DNA from: Gammaproteobacteria bacterium
GTDB taxonomy: Bacteria > Pseudomonadota > Gammaproteobacteria > JAGOUN01
Direction of reading: 5' to 3'
Assembly: GCA_046290385.1 (NCBI GenBank)
Contig: JBKAGM010000005.1
Location: 1,539-65,538 of the forward strand
DNA: 64,000 nt
The notes below the pieces were generated by a model. It ran no database searches, was not told the DNA's origin, and saw only the letters and a list, made by a program, of their open reading frames with translations. A program made the position numbers and the translations under genes. Of the stretch, positions 52,598-62,068 are shown piece after piece; the stretch's first letter is position 1; each line of letters starts with the position of its first letter.

Positions 52598-52642
52598 AGG
52601 TGCGCCTACGGCGCAGATCAACCAACAATATGGAGTTTTCTA

Positions 52643-53398
52643 GTGAACCCAAAACCCAAACGAAAATCCTTCAAGCACGAATACAAGCCTGGCGTCATTC
52701 GCTATATCATAAAACCTCTCGGTCAAGAAATCGTTCTGGCAATTTGGAACACATCCATTACTCCCAATCAAGTGACTATCTTTCGTATTATTCTCAATGT
52801 GCTCGCGTTGCTCTGTTTTCTCGGTGGCACTTTTGGCTATATCGTTTTAGGATTTTTATTATTTCAGGTGCATGAAGTTTTAGATACTGTCGATGGTATG
52901 CTCGCTGGATTGAAAAATCAACGAAGTCGTTTGGGCATGTTCCTCGATGTGTTTTTTGACACGATCTTATCGGAAAGCTATACCTTGCTAGGATTAGCCA
53001 TTGCATATGGTTATTATCGTATGACAGATTCATTAATTTGTATTTACCTGTTAGTGTTTGCATTTATTGGCAGAAGCATTATGGCGTCGTATCGTCATGC
53101 CTTTAGGCCATATCTCGCTGAAAAATCGGCTGATGTGATTGACTTGGTCGACAGTCCAGAGACATTTTTGCAAAAGGTCAAAGTTGTGGCGATTGATTTT
53201 CTTGAGGGTTGTTATGCGTGGAATAACCAATTCTTATTATGGGGCGCGCTGTTATATTACCCATGCATGTATTATTTCCAACTGAACACATACGTATTGG
53301 GATTTGTTATTTTAGTTGCATTAACACATTTGGCGTGGATGGGTGTCATATTGCAAGTTATTAAAAACATGAAAAAGGAGGCGGGCCGTGAAAGTTAA
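52643..53398 (+). CDS. CDP-alcohol phosphotransferase family protein
   Basis: ITPNQVT, DTVDGMLAG...GMFLDVFFD (signature Arg replaced by Gly). Confidence 0.82.
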   Translation: MNPKPKRKSFKHEYKPGVIRYIIKPLGQEIVLAIWNTSITPNQVTIFRIILNVLALLCFLGGTFGYIVLGFLLFQVHEVLDTVDGMLAGLKNQRSRLGMFLDVFFDTILSESYTLLGLAIAYGYYRMTDSLICIYLLVFAFIGRSIMASYRHAFRPYLAEKSADVIDLVDSPETFLQKVKVVAIDFLEGCYAWNNQFLLWGALLYYPCMYYFQLNTYVLGFVILVALTHLAWMGVILQVIKNMKKEAGRES

Positions 53399-54035
53399 AG
53401 TTATTCGAAAATTTGGTGAGACGGGCCCATTTGCGGCAGCCGTTCAATATATTACAGTGCCATTTGTTCCATTATTGGCAAAAATCTTTCGTGATCCCAA
53501 TCGGATTACCTTGATGAATCTAGTGTTGGTGCCAATTATGTTGGTGGCCTTAATGACGGGAAAGCTTGTCTTGGCAGCAATTTTTTCGCTTTTATTTATG
53601 TACATTGATAATTGTGATGGCTATGTCGCGCGATATTTAAATAAAACATCAAAATTAGGCGCTTTATTGGATGCACTTACTGACTATTTGTTTTGGTTGT
53701 CTATTATCGTTGGCTTGTATCTTTACCAACCGTCTGTTATTTACGTCGTGTTGCTAGGAATAGGCGGCGTGGATTTGTATTTGCGATACTTAACAGGTAT
53801 TGAGGTTGAACATTCCGAGGATCTCTATGCGAATGCAGGCACGAGCTTTGTAAAAAAAATCTATAAGTCATTTGCATGTTTTGGTAACACAATGACATTG
53901 CTCGCGGTGATTTTGTTGATTTCGCCAAAATATTTATTTGTCTTTTGGATTTTTGAATTAACACGCGTATCGATCGCTACACTATTGCGTGTCGGACGCT
54001 TTATTAAATTTTTAAAAAAGTGTGATGCAAAGTAA
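53388..54035 (+). CDS. CDP-alcohol phosphotransferase family protein
   Basis: PNRIT, canonical DNCDGYVAR...GALLDALTD. Confidence 0.85.
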   Translation: MKVKVIRKFGETGPFAAAVQYITVPFVPLLAKIFRDPNRITLMNLVLVPIMLVALMTGKLVLAAIFSLLFMYIDNCDGYVARYLNKTSKLGALLDALTDYLFWLSIIVGLYLYQPSVIYVVLLGIGGVDLYLRYLTGIEVEHSEDLYANAGTSFVKKIYKSFACFGNTMTLLAVILLISPKYLFVFWIFELTRVSIATLLRVGRFIKFLKKCDAK

Positions 54036-55156
54036 TGAAAGTTGCAATTGTCACAGACTGGTTGATGGCATACGCTGGGGCAGAGCGTGTTTTAGAGCAG
54101 ATGTTAGAGTGCTTCCCGCAGGCGGATATATTTTCTGTCGTCGACTTTGTTCCTGAAGGGCAGCGCGAATTTTTAAAAAACAAATCAGTCACTACCACGT
54201 TTATACAAAATCTTCCTTTTGCACGAAAACATTTTCGAAACTATTTGTGGTTGATGCCACTTGCGATTGAACAGCTCGATGTCACCTCGTATGATGTTGT
54301 GATTTCAAGTTCTCATGCTGTCGCGAAAGGTGTGATTACCTCCCCGGATCAGTTGCACATTAGTTATATCCATTCACCCATGCGCTATGCTTGGGATTTG
54401 CAATGGCAATATTTAACCGAAGCCAACTTAGAGAAAGGGATTAAGAGTTGGATTGTGCGTTATATGCTGCACAAGCTGCGTCAGTGGGATGTGCGTACAG
54501 CGAATCAAGTCGATTATTTTATAGCAAACTCCGAATATATCGCGCGTCGGATCAAAAAAGCGTATCGTCGAGACGCGGAAGTGATTTATCCGCCTGTAGA
54601 TACCTCTGATTTTTCAATCAATGCCGAAAGAGAAGATTACTACGTTGCTGCCTCGCGCATGGTGCCATATAAAAAAATGCCTTTGATCATTGAGGCATTT
54701 AACCAGATGCCAGATAAAAAGCTTGTTGTTGTCGGGGATGGTCCAGATATGGATCGCGCGAAAAAAATAGCGGGCAAGAATGTTGATATACTTGGATTTC
54801 AACCTGATAAAGCTTTAAAAGAAAAATTAGCAAAAGCCAAAGCGTTGGTATTCGCTGCGATAGAAGATTTTGGTATTTTGCCATTGGAAGCGCAGGCGGC
54901 TGGTACGCCTGTTATTGCATATGCAAAGGGTGGCTTGCTTGAAACGATTAATGGACTATCTAGCGAGCATCCAACAGGATTGTTTTATGAGGCACAAACT
55001 ACCGAAGCAATTTGTGATGCTGTAAATCGATTCGAATCAGAAAAAAACCGAATTCAGGAAGAAGCTTGCAGAAAAAATGCAATGCGCTTTTCACAAGAGC
55101 ACTTTCGCAATCGTTTCAAATCGTTTGTGGATGCGAAGTATAAGGAAAAATCATGA
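54035..55156 (+). CDS. Glycosyltransferase family 4 (WbaZ-like)
   Basis: DWL...GAERVL, HSPMRYAWD, IYPPV, EDFGILPLEAQA. Confidence 0.9.
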   Translation: MKVAIVTDWLMAYAGAERVLEQMLECFPQADIFSVVDFVPEGQREFLKNKSVTTTFIQNLPFARKHFRNYLWLMPLAIEQLDVTSYDVVISSSHAVAKGVITSPDQLHISYIHSPMRYAWDLQWQYLTEANLEKGIKSWIVRYMLHKLRQWDVRTANQVDYFIANSEYIARRIKKAYRRDAEVIYPPVDTSDFSINAEREDYYVAASRMVPYKKMPLIIEAFNQMPDKKLVVVGDGPDMDRAKKIAGKNVDILGFQPDKALKEKLAKAKALVFAAIEDFGILPLEAQAAGTPVIAYAKGGLLETINGLSSEHPTGLFYEAQTTEAICDAVNRFESEKNRIQEEACRKNAMRFSQEHFRNRFKSFVDAKYKEKS

Positions 55157-56130
55157 CAACTATACTCGTCATTGGCGGAGCTGGCTACATTGGCTCGCAT
55201 ATGTCTTTGCTTTTAAAAGAAGCGGGACATCGTGTCGTGGTGTTAGATGATTTGTCTACGGGATATGCCGATGCGGTTTGTGCCGATGATTTTGTCCAAG
55301 GCTGTTGTGGCGACTCGGTAGTGCTTGATGCAGTATTTACAAAGCATCCTATTGATGTTGTGATGCATTTTGCTTCATTCATCGAAGTCGGCGAGTCAGT
55401 TAAAAACCCTGCGAAGTATTATGAGAATAACGTTGTGAAAACCATTCGGCTTCTTAATGCTATGCAGAAGCATCAGGTTAAAAAATTTATTTTTTCATCG
55501 AGTGCGGCAGTATTTGGCGCTCCTCAGTATTCTCCTATCGATGAAAAGCATCCCAAGTTACCTATCAACCCTTATGGAAAAACCAAATGGATGATCGAGC
55601 AAGTTTTAGAAGATTATGATCATGCATATGGGATGAAGTATATAGCGTTACGTTATTTTAATGCTGCTGGCGCGCATCCTGAGGCAACGTTGGGCGAACG
55701 ACATGAGCCAGAAACGCATTTGATTCCGTTGGTGTTGAAAACTGCTTTAGGCAAGCGATCAGCAATTACTATTTATGGCGATGATTATGATACACACGAT
55801 GGCACATGTGTTCGTGATTACATTCATATTGTTGATTTATGTCAAGCGCATTTGTTGGCGATGCAGTATTTGATTGAAAATCAAAAAAGTGGCGCCTTTA
55901 ATTTAGGAAATGGTGAAGGATTTAGCGTTAAGCAAGTTATTGATGTCGCGAAATCGGTAACGGGCAAAGAGTTCAAGGTCGACATAGGCAGTCGTCGAGC
56001 GGGGGATCCCGGTGTGCTCGTCGCCGATGCAAATGAGGCAGCGCGTATTTTGGCGTGGAAGCCAACTTATTCATCGTTGTCTGATATTGTTGAGCATGCT
56101 TGGCGCTATGAATCGAAGGATAAAGGATGA
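55153..56130 (+). CDS. galE: UDP-glucose 4-epimerase
   Basis: GGAGYIGSH, FSSSAA, YGKTK, LRYFNAAGA, DGTCVRDYIH. Confidence 0.95.
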   Translation: MTTILVIGGAGYIGSHMSLLLKEAGHRVVVLDDLSTGYADAVCADDFVQGCCGDSVVLDAVFTKHPIDVVMHFASFIEVGESVKNPAKYYENNVVKTIRLLNAMQKHQVKKFIFSSSAAVFGAPQYSPIDEKHPKLPINPYGKTKWMIEQVLEDYDHAYGMKYIALRYFNAAGAHPEATLGERHEPETHLIPLVLKTALGKRSAITIYGDDYDTHDGTCVRDYIHIVDLCQAHLLAMQYLIENQKSGAFNLGNGEGFSVKQVIDVAKSVTGKEFKVDIGSRRAGDPGVLVADANEAARILAWKPTYSSLSDIVEHAWRYESKDKG

Positions 56131-57707
56131 CGGCGAGAGTCAAATATACATTACTTTACTTGACCGCTATCGTACTTACTGCACTTTTATTTTGTCATCA
56201 AATCGACATAAGTGATGTTTTCGATGTTGATGGTATTTCTTACTTAAAAGCTGCGGGAGGTTATCTTGATAGCGGGGTGAAAGGTGCTTTATCCGCAGAA
56301 GGACCAGCATCATGGCCTTTTTACTCTGTAGTGATTGCTATGGTGGCAAAGACGACACAGCTTTCTTTTTTGCACGCCGCGCATCTCATCGATCTTATTT
56401 TTGAAATTGGTGTCGTATTGTTTTTTATTTCTCTTATTCGTTATTTAGGCGCAGACTTTTTTATCCAATGCCTCGCATTGGTTGTTATTTTGGTGTGGCA
56501 CTCTTATACCAAGTATTGGCCTAATATTTTTCGCGAACATGGCTTTTGGTTTTTTTTGCTGGCTTCTGTTTTTTTCTTGCTGGAGTATAGCAAATCATTT
56601 TCTTGGCGAATGGCATTTTTTTGGTTGCTTTCCATGGGTTGTGCGTTTTTATTTCGCCTAGAGGCGATCATGTACTTTGTGTTATGTCCATTGGCGATTT
56701 TGTTTTTATCAAACTATTCTCTTAAGCAGCGATTCAAATATTATTTAAAATTATACGCATTACCGATACTAGCGATAGTCATTGCCAGCGCTGTAGTGTT
56801 TTACTATGTGGAAAATTTGCCAGAGGCACGCTTTGATCAAATACAAAAATATTTCTTTCACTACGGACATAACACTTGGCATCATTTTCACGGCATTAGC
56901 CAAAACTTTAGAGATAAGGTGCTGCAATATCCCGATGATACAGCTATCTATGGTTTGATCGGTGGCTTGCTCGTTGTCTTTTTTGCGGAAATTTTTAAAA
57001 TCATCGGTGTATTGAATCTTATTGCTTTGGGGTATTTGCTGATAGAGCGTTTTAATGGTTTTGCGCTCAAACGCCATCCTGTCTTTAATGCATATTTGAT
57101 GACGGCTTTTTTGATTGGATTGTTGTTTTTCGCGCAACACTTTTACGTGAGCCGTCGCTATATTATTCCTGTCGGGTTATTTCTTGCTTTTTGGGTGCCT
57201 TTTGCAATTGAGAAAGCCATTCGCTTGTGGCGTACACAATCACCAAGAACATTCAAAACAAAGCTAGTTGTTGGTCTATTTATCATTGCTCTGATTTATG
57301 AAGCCACAGCAACGCTCATACACTTTGGCCATTCAAAGCATTATCTGAAGCGAGCTGGGCTCTATCTTAAGGACAACACAAAGCCATCAGAGACCGTGTA
57401 TACAAATTCTTCAAGGGTGATGTACTATGCGAGTGATGCTCCAAGCTATTCTCGCGGCGCTATTATGTCGAAAAGTGATCGTTATGATTTTGAACAAGAT
57501 CCGAGGAGTTTTTTAAAGAATAAAGCTTGGCGATGTTATGATTTTCTTGCGTTGAATGTGGAAGCGGAAACTTCAACAGTGATAAAAGGATTAAGTCAAC
57601 ATCCTAATTGGGTTACGGAAATTTATTCCACCTCAGGCCATAAAAATGATAAAGTGATTATATATCGTATTCAACAAGCGAGTGATTGTTATGACAGCAG
57701 TCATTGA
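56127..57707 (+). CDS. Polytopic membrane protein, GT-C/PMT-like
   Basis: Acidic first loop DVDGISYL, WPFY, ~12 hydrophobic segments, soluble C-terminal domain. Confidence 0.6.
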   Translation: MTARVKYTLLYLTAIVLTALLFCHQIDISDVFDVDGISYLKAAGGYLDSGVKGALSAEGPASWPFYSVVIAMVAKTTQLSFLHAAHLIDLIFEIGVVLFFISLIRYLGADFFIQCLALVVILVWHSYTKYWPNIFREHGFWFFLLASVFFLLEYSKSFSWRMAFFWLLSMGCAFLFRLEAIMYFVLCPLAILFLSNYSLKQRFKYYLKLYALPILAIVIASAVVFYYVENLPEARFDQIQKYFFHYGHNTWHHFHGISQNFRDKVLQYPDDTAIYGLIGGLLVVFFAEIFKIIGVLNLIALGYLLIERFNGFALKRHPVFNAYLMTAFLIGLLFFAQHFYVSRRYIIPVGLFLAFWVPFAIEKAIRLWRTQSPRTFKTKLVVGLFIIALIYEATATLIHFGHSKHYLKRAGLYLKDNTKPSETVYTNSSRVMYYASDAPSYSRGAIMSKSDRYDFEQDPRSFLKNKAWRCYDFLALNVEAETSTVIKGLSQHPNWVTEIYSTSGHKNDKVIIYRIQQASDCYDSSH

Positions 57708-58203
57708 TAAAAAAGGGTTTCGATCTGGCGTTGGAATCATTGTGATGAACGATCGCCAAGAATTGCTTTGGTTAAAGCGCATCGGCCAAGAGGCGTGGCA
57801 ATTTCCACAAGGTGGGATGCTTGAGAATGAATCAAGCCAAGCCGCCATGTTTCGCGAGTTGCATGAAGAAGTTGGCTTGTCTCCGGAAGATGTCGAAATC
57901 GTAGCGGTGACGTCTGGGTGGTTAAAATATCGTTTGCCTGAAAAGTTTATACGCCATCATTCGAAACCATTGTGTCTGGGTCAAAAGCAGAAATGGTATT
58001 TGCTCAAGTTCGTTGGTGAGGAATCTCATATTGTGTTCGACAAAACAGATTCCCCTGAATTCGATCATTGGAAATGGATCAACTATTGGGGGCCGATGAA
58101 AGGCGTGATCGATTTCAAGCGAGATGTCTACCGACTCGCGTTAAAGCATTTTCAACCTTACGTTTTTCCTGCGAAGCATTATCATTATCGTCGACGAAAG
58201 TGA
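57691..58203 (+). CDS. rppH: RNA pyrophosphohydrolase
   Basis: WQFPQGG, Nudix box RELHEEVGL, GQKQKW; upstream of ptsP. Confidence 0.95.
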   Translation: MTAVIDKKGFRSGVGIIVMNDRQELLWLKRIGQEAWQFPQGGMLENESSQAAMFRELHEEVGLSPEDVEIVAVTSGWLKYRLPEKFIRHHSKPLCLGQKQKWYLLKFVGEESHIVFDKTDSPEFDHWKWINYWGPMKGVIDFKRDVYRLALKHFQPYVFPAKHYHYRRRK

Positions 58204-58225
58204 AGACTTCCTGTAAACTGAAACA

Positions 58226-60496
58226 GTGCAACACTTAAGACGAATCATACAAGAGTTTAACAGTGCTAACGATATCGATGAAGCATTGTTGATTATGGTA
58301 CAGCGCATTCGAGAAGCGTTGGATACTAACGCGTGCTCAGTTTATCTCATCGATCCAAAAAGCTCAGAATTTGCCCTGATTGCTACACGAGGTTTGAGTG
58401 TTCAATCGGTGGGGCACGTTCGTGTACCGACGAGTGTCGGGCTCATTGGCCAGATTGGGCATCGCAAGCAACCTTTAAATGTTCCCGATCAGAGTGCCGT
58501 TTCGGCTTTTACTCCTATCGAAGGGTTGGGCGAAGAACAATATCGAGGATTTTTAGGTGCGCCCGTCATGCATCAGGGGCGGTTGTTGGGTGTTATCGTA
58601 TTACAAAAACAAGACGAAGAAGCATTTGCCGACCAAGAAGAGGCGTTTTTGATAACATTATCTGCGCAGGTGGCGGAGACAATTGCGCTGGCAATCAAAT
58701 CAGGGCGCATCACGCAATTTGCAGCAACTGACGAAAAGCAGCAAGAAATGATGTATACAGGTGTTCCTAGCTCGGCAGGTGTTGGCATAGGAACGGGCAT
58801 TATTATTTATCCATTAGCAGATTTAAAAGCAGTACCTGAGAGGGAGTGCGACGATGTCGATGAAGAGATAGGATTATTCCGGGAGTCATTAAAAGCGATA
58901 CGTGAAGAAATCAAAATGCTCAGCAAGCGGTTGGCGACAAACTTATCTCCAGAAGATCATGCGCTTTTCGATGCTTATCTAACAATGCTGGATGAAAATG
59001 GTATTGGTATCGAAGTCGAGCAAGAAATTCGTAAAGGACAATGGGCGCAAGGTGCGTTGAGTAAAGTTATTAAAATGCATGTCCGCCAATTTGAAAGCAT
59101 GGAAAATGAATATTTGCGGGAACGTGGTGATGATGTGCGTGATTTGGGATTGCGCATCTTGGCGCATATGCAAGAACAAAAAAAACAAATGCCCCAAGAA
59201 TACCCCAAGAAGGTGATATTAATCGGTGGTGAAATTTCTGCGGCAAACTTGGCAGAAGTGCCGCTAGAAAATTTAGCGGGAATTATTTCCGGAAAAGGAT
59301 CGAGTAATTCTCACGTCGCGATCTTGGCGCGCGCACTAGGGATTCCTGCCGTGATGGGTGTTGAAGATTTAACGTTGAATATTCCAGAAAACCAACCTGT
59401 CATCGTCGATGGTTATTATGGTCATGCTTATGTCACGCCGAACGAAGTTGTCTTGCGTGAATTCAAGCGATTGGTGAGTGAGGAAGAGCAATTAAACGAA
59501 GACTTAGAAAACTTGCAAAACACGCCTGGTCAAACAGCTGATGGTCATCAAGTTGCGATGTTAGTGAATGCCGGTTTGGCTGCTGACATGGGTATTTCAT
59601 TGAGCTCTGGTGCTGATGGTGTAGGGCTTTATCGTACCGAAGTGCCTTTTATTTCCCGTGAATTATTTCCTTCGAGTGAAGAGCAATACAAAATCTATCG
59701 GCAGTTATTATCAGCATTCGCGCCGCGACCTGTAACTATGCGTACTTTGGATGTTGGCGGCGATAAAATTTTGCCGTACTTTAGTTATGATGAGGAAAAC
59801 CCTTCATTAGGATGGCGCGGCATTCGCGTGACATTAGATCACCCAGAATTATTTGCCGTGCAAGTGCGCGCGATGTTGCGAGCAAGCAAAGGGTTTAATA
59901 ATTTACGCATCATGTTACCGATGGTGAAAGATATTAGCGATGTTGAAAAATCTATTGAAGATATTACGACTGTATATAATGAGTTGCGAGACGAAGGTGT
60001 TGAGATCGAATTCCCCAGTATCGGTGTGATGATTGAAGTGCCATCTGCGATTTATCAAACGCGCTTGATTGCGCGTCGTGTCGATTTTATTTCGCTAGGA
60101 AGCAATGATTTAACACAATATATTTTAGCAGCCGATCGTAATAACTCGCGAGTAGCGTCGATTTATAATCATTTGCATCCATCGGTATTGAGGGCGATGA
60201 GCCATGTTGTGCGCGACACTCATGCAGAAGATAAAACAATTAGCATCTGTGGCGAAATGGCGGGTGATCCTGCGGCAGTAATATTGCTTATCGGTATGGG
60301 GTTTGATGCGCTGAGCATGAGTGCCGCGCGCCTTACGCGTATTAAATGGGTGATATCGCATTTTTCCCGACAGCAAGCGCGTGACTTATTAGAAGAAGTC
60401 TTAGAAATGACAGACCCCGTCATGATCCGAAAGCGCCTAGAGCACGAGCTCGAAAAAGCCGACCTCGGTGGCCTCATCCGCGCAGGACGGCATTAA
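58226..60496 (+). CDS. ptsP: PEP-protein phosphotransferase EI-Ntr
   Basis: N-terminal GAF, SHVAILARA phospho-His, GLYRTE, NPSLGWRGIR. Confidence 0.96.
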   Translation: MQHLRRIIQEFNSANDIDEALLIMVQRIREALDTNACSVYLIDPKSSEFALIATRGLSVQSVGHVRVPTSVGLIGQIGHRKQPLNVPDQSAVSAFTPIEGLGEEQYRGFLGAPVMHQGRLLGVIVLQKQDEEAFADQEEAFLITLSAQVAETIALAIKSGRITQFAATDEKQQEMMYTGVPSSAGVGIGTGIIIYPLADLKAVPERECDDVDEEIGLFRESLKAIREEIKMLSKRLATNLSPEDHALFDAYLTMLDENGIGIEVEQEIRKGQWAQGALSKVIKMHVRQFESMENEYLRERGDDVRDLGLRILAHMQEQKKQMPQEYPKKVILIGGEISAANLAEVPLENLAGIISGKGSSNSHVAILARALGIPAVMGVEDLTLNIPENQPVIVDGYYGHAYVTPNEVVLREFKRLVSEEEQLNEDLENLQNTPGQTADGHQVAMLVNAGLAADMGISLSSGADGVGLYRTEVPFISRELFPSSEEQYKIYRQLLSAFAPRPVTMRTLDVGGDKILPYFSYDEENPSLGWRGIRVTLDHPELFAVQVRAMLRASKGFNNLRIMLPMVKDISDVEKSIEDITTVYNELRDEGVEIEFPSIGVMIEVPSAIYQTRLIARRVDFISLGSNDLTQYILAADRNNSRVASIYNHLHPSVLRAMSHVVRDTHAEDKTISICGEMAGDPAAVILLIGMGFDALSMSAARLTRIKWVISHFSRQQARDLLEEVLEMTDPVMIRKRLEHELEKADLGGLIRAGRH

Positions 60497-60568
60497 GCTA
60501 GTCTATTGAGTTTAATAACACAACGTACTATGACGGTTGTATTCTAAAGCCTACGTCCCGCTCATTAT

Positions 60569-60821
60569 GGGGCTGTTGCATTCTACGACGGTAGCGTAAG
60601 ATAAATTGTGTCTGAGATTATAAGAGAGACATTAGAGATCAAATCTCTGAGAAACTTATTTTGAAACGAAATAACTTATCAGGAGGTCCCCAATGTCTCA
60701 GACAAAAGTATATCAAACTCTCTTATCAGAGACTGTCATCCCGCGGTTTATCCGCGGGATCTCTATAAATCAATAACCTATAGTTATTGATTTATAGTAA
60801 AAAGCCAGTTCGCAACACTCC
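60569..60821 (+). mobile_element. MITE family A copy interrupted by a 141-bp IS-like 5' remnant (60590-60730)
   Basis: Left end ggggctgttgcattctacgac, insert, then gactgtcatcccgcgg...gttcgcaacactcc; compare uninterrupted copy at 32435. Confidence 0.75.
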
Positions 60822-60858
60822 TTTCATAGAAATCCAGTCTGCCTTTCTTTCTTGGTGT

Positions 60859-60892
60859 TTGATTAAATGTTATGCATATGCTATTATGCATA
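60859..60892 (+). promoter_or_regulatory. vapBC promoter with overlapping palindromic operator
   Basis: TTGATT-17-TATTAT with extended TG; TATGCATA palindromes at 60871 and 60885. Confidence 0.6.
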
Positions 60893-60902
60893 TGTGAGGT
60901 GA

Positions 60903-61136
60903 GTGATGAATAGAACGACCATAATGTTGCCTGAAACGTTAAAGATGAAAGCGTCGAAACTTGCTATGAAGCGTGGTGTTTCGTTTGGTGAGTTGGTGCG
61001 AGAAGCGCTAGAGCTGGTATGTCGATCCGAAGGAAAGCATACATACGATGCATTTTACGAAGATCGTAGAATTTATAAAGTCTGTAGAGATCGAGATTTA
61101 GCGGAAAAGCACGATGACTACCTGTATGATGAATAG
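60903..61136 (+). CDS. vapB: CopG/RHH antitoxin (VapB-type)
   Basis: RTTIMLPETL...A...GVSFGELVREAL RHH, acidic tail HDDYLYDE; upstream of a PIN gene. Confidence 0.8.
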   Translation: MMNRTTIMLPETLKMKASKLAMKRGVSFGELVREALELVCRSEGKHTYDAFYEDRRIYKVCRDRDLAEKHDDYLYDE

Positions 61137-61153
61137 TATAAAGCGATGATAAT

Positions 61154-61552
61154 ATGATTTTTATTGACACTGGAGCGTTTATTGCGCGCTATATTCAAGC
61201 AGACCAACACCATAAAAAAGCGCAGCAGTTGTGGAAAAAGTTGGAGAAATCAAAAGAAAAGCTTATGACGAGTAACTTTGTGCTTGATGAAACTTTTACG
61301 CTCATGGCGCGTAAAAGCCATTATTCCTTTGCGCTTGAAACTGCTAACATCATTTATTCCTCTTCTATTTTTTCGATTGTTCGGCCAGATGCTGAGGTGG
61401 AATTAAACGCATTGAAGTTTTTTGAGAAATTTTCAGATCAGAAAGTAAGTTACACAGATTGCATTTCTTTTCAATTAATGCGTGATCATCACGTTAAAAA
61501 GGTATTTACTTTTGATCGGCATTTTCAACTATTGGGTTTTGAAGCGCTATAG
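61154..61552 (+). CDS. vapC: PIN-domain toxin (VapC-type)
   Basis: IFIDTGAFIA, VLDET, SYTDCIS, FTFDRHF. Confidence 0.9.
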   Translation: MIFIDTGAFIARYIQADQHHKKAQQLWKKLEKSKEKLMTSNFVLDETFTLMARKSHYSFALETANIIYSSSIFSIVRPDAEVELNALKFFEKFSDQKVSYTDCISFQLMRDHHVKKVFTFDRHFQLLGFEAL

Positions 61553-61600
61553 AATTCAGATGGTTGCTATCCCTCATTTTCTATAGGTCGTCATTTTAAG

Positions 61601-62068
61601 CTATTGATCTTGAGTATTGCTTAATTGATATTTCATTCGAACGCCATCAGTTTTGTCTTGATAGTATGATGGCAAAAACTCAATTTCAACAAAGCCTATC
61701 GCATGATAAAGGTTTACGGCTTTTTGATTGGTAACGCTGACTTCTAAACGAATTTCAGAGTAATAGTGTTTTCGTGAAATTTTAATTAAATACTTTAGTA
61801 AGTTCGAGGCGATGCCTTTGCCTTGATATTCTGGCAATATAGCCATTGAATAGAGCCTGGCTGGTTTGGGATGTCTCGGTAAAAGCAGCATGCCATAACC
61901 TGCTATTTTTTTATCCCAATAAGCAATGAAAGTAATAGCTTTTGCTTTTTGTAATAAATATCGAAATTGTTGTTTATTAAATCCATCTTTTTGAAAGCAA
62001 CGTAATTCTATTTTGCATAATGTGTCACAGTCTTTTATTGTGGCTCTTTGAAAAGTCAAGGAATGCAT
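61601..62068 (-). CDS. GNAT acetyltransferase (RimI-like)
   Basis: ARLYSMAI, QGKGIA, RLEV...N..A..LY...GF...YY. Confidence 0.85.
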   Translation of the reverse strand: MHSLTFQRATIKDCDTLCKIELRCFQKDGFNKQQFRYLLQKAKAITFIAYWDKKIAGYGMLLLPRHPKPARLYSMAILPEYQGKGIASNLLKYLIKISRKHYYSEIRLEVSVTNQKAVNLYHAIGFVEIEFLPSYYQDKTDGVRMKYQLSNTQDQ

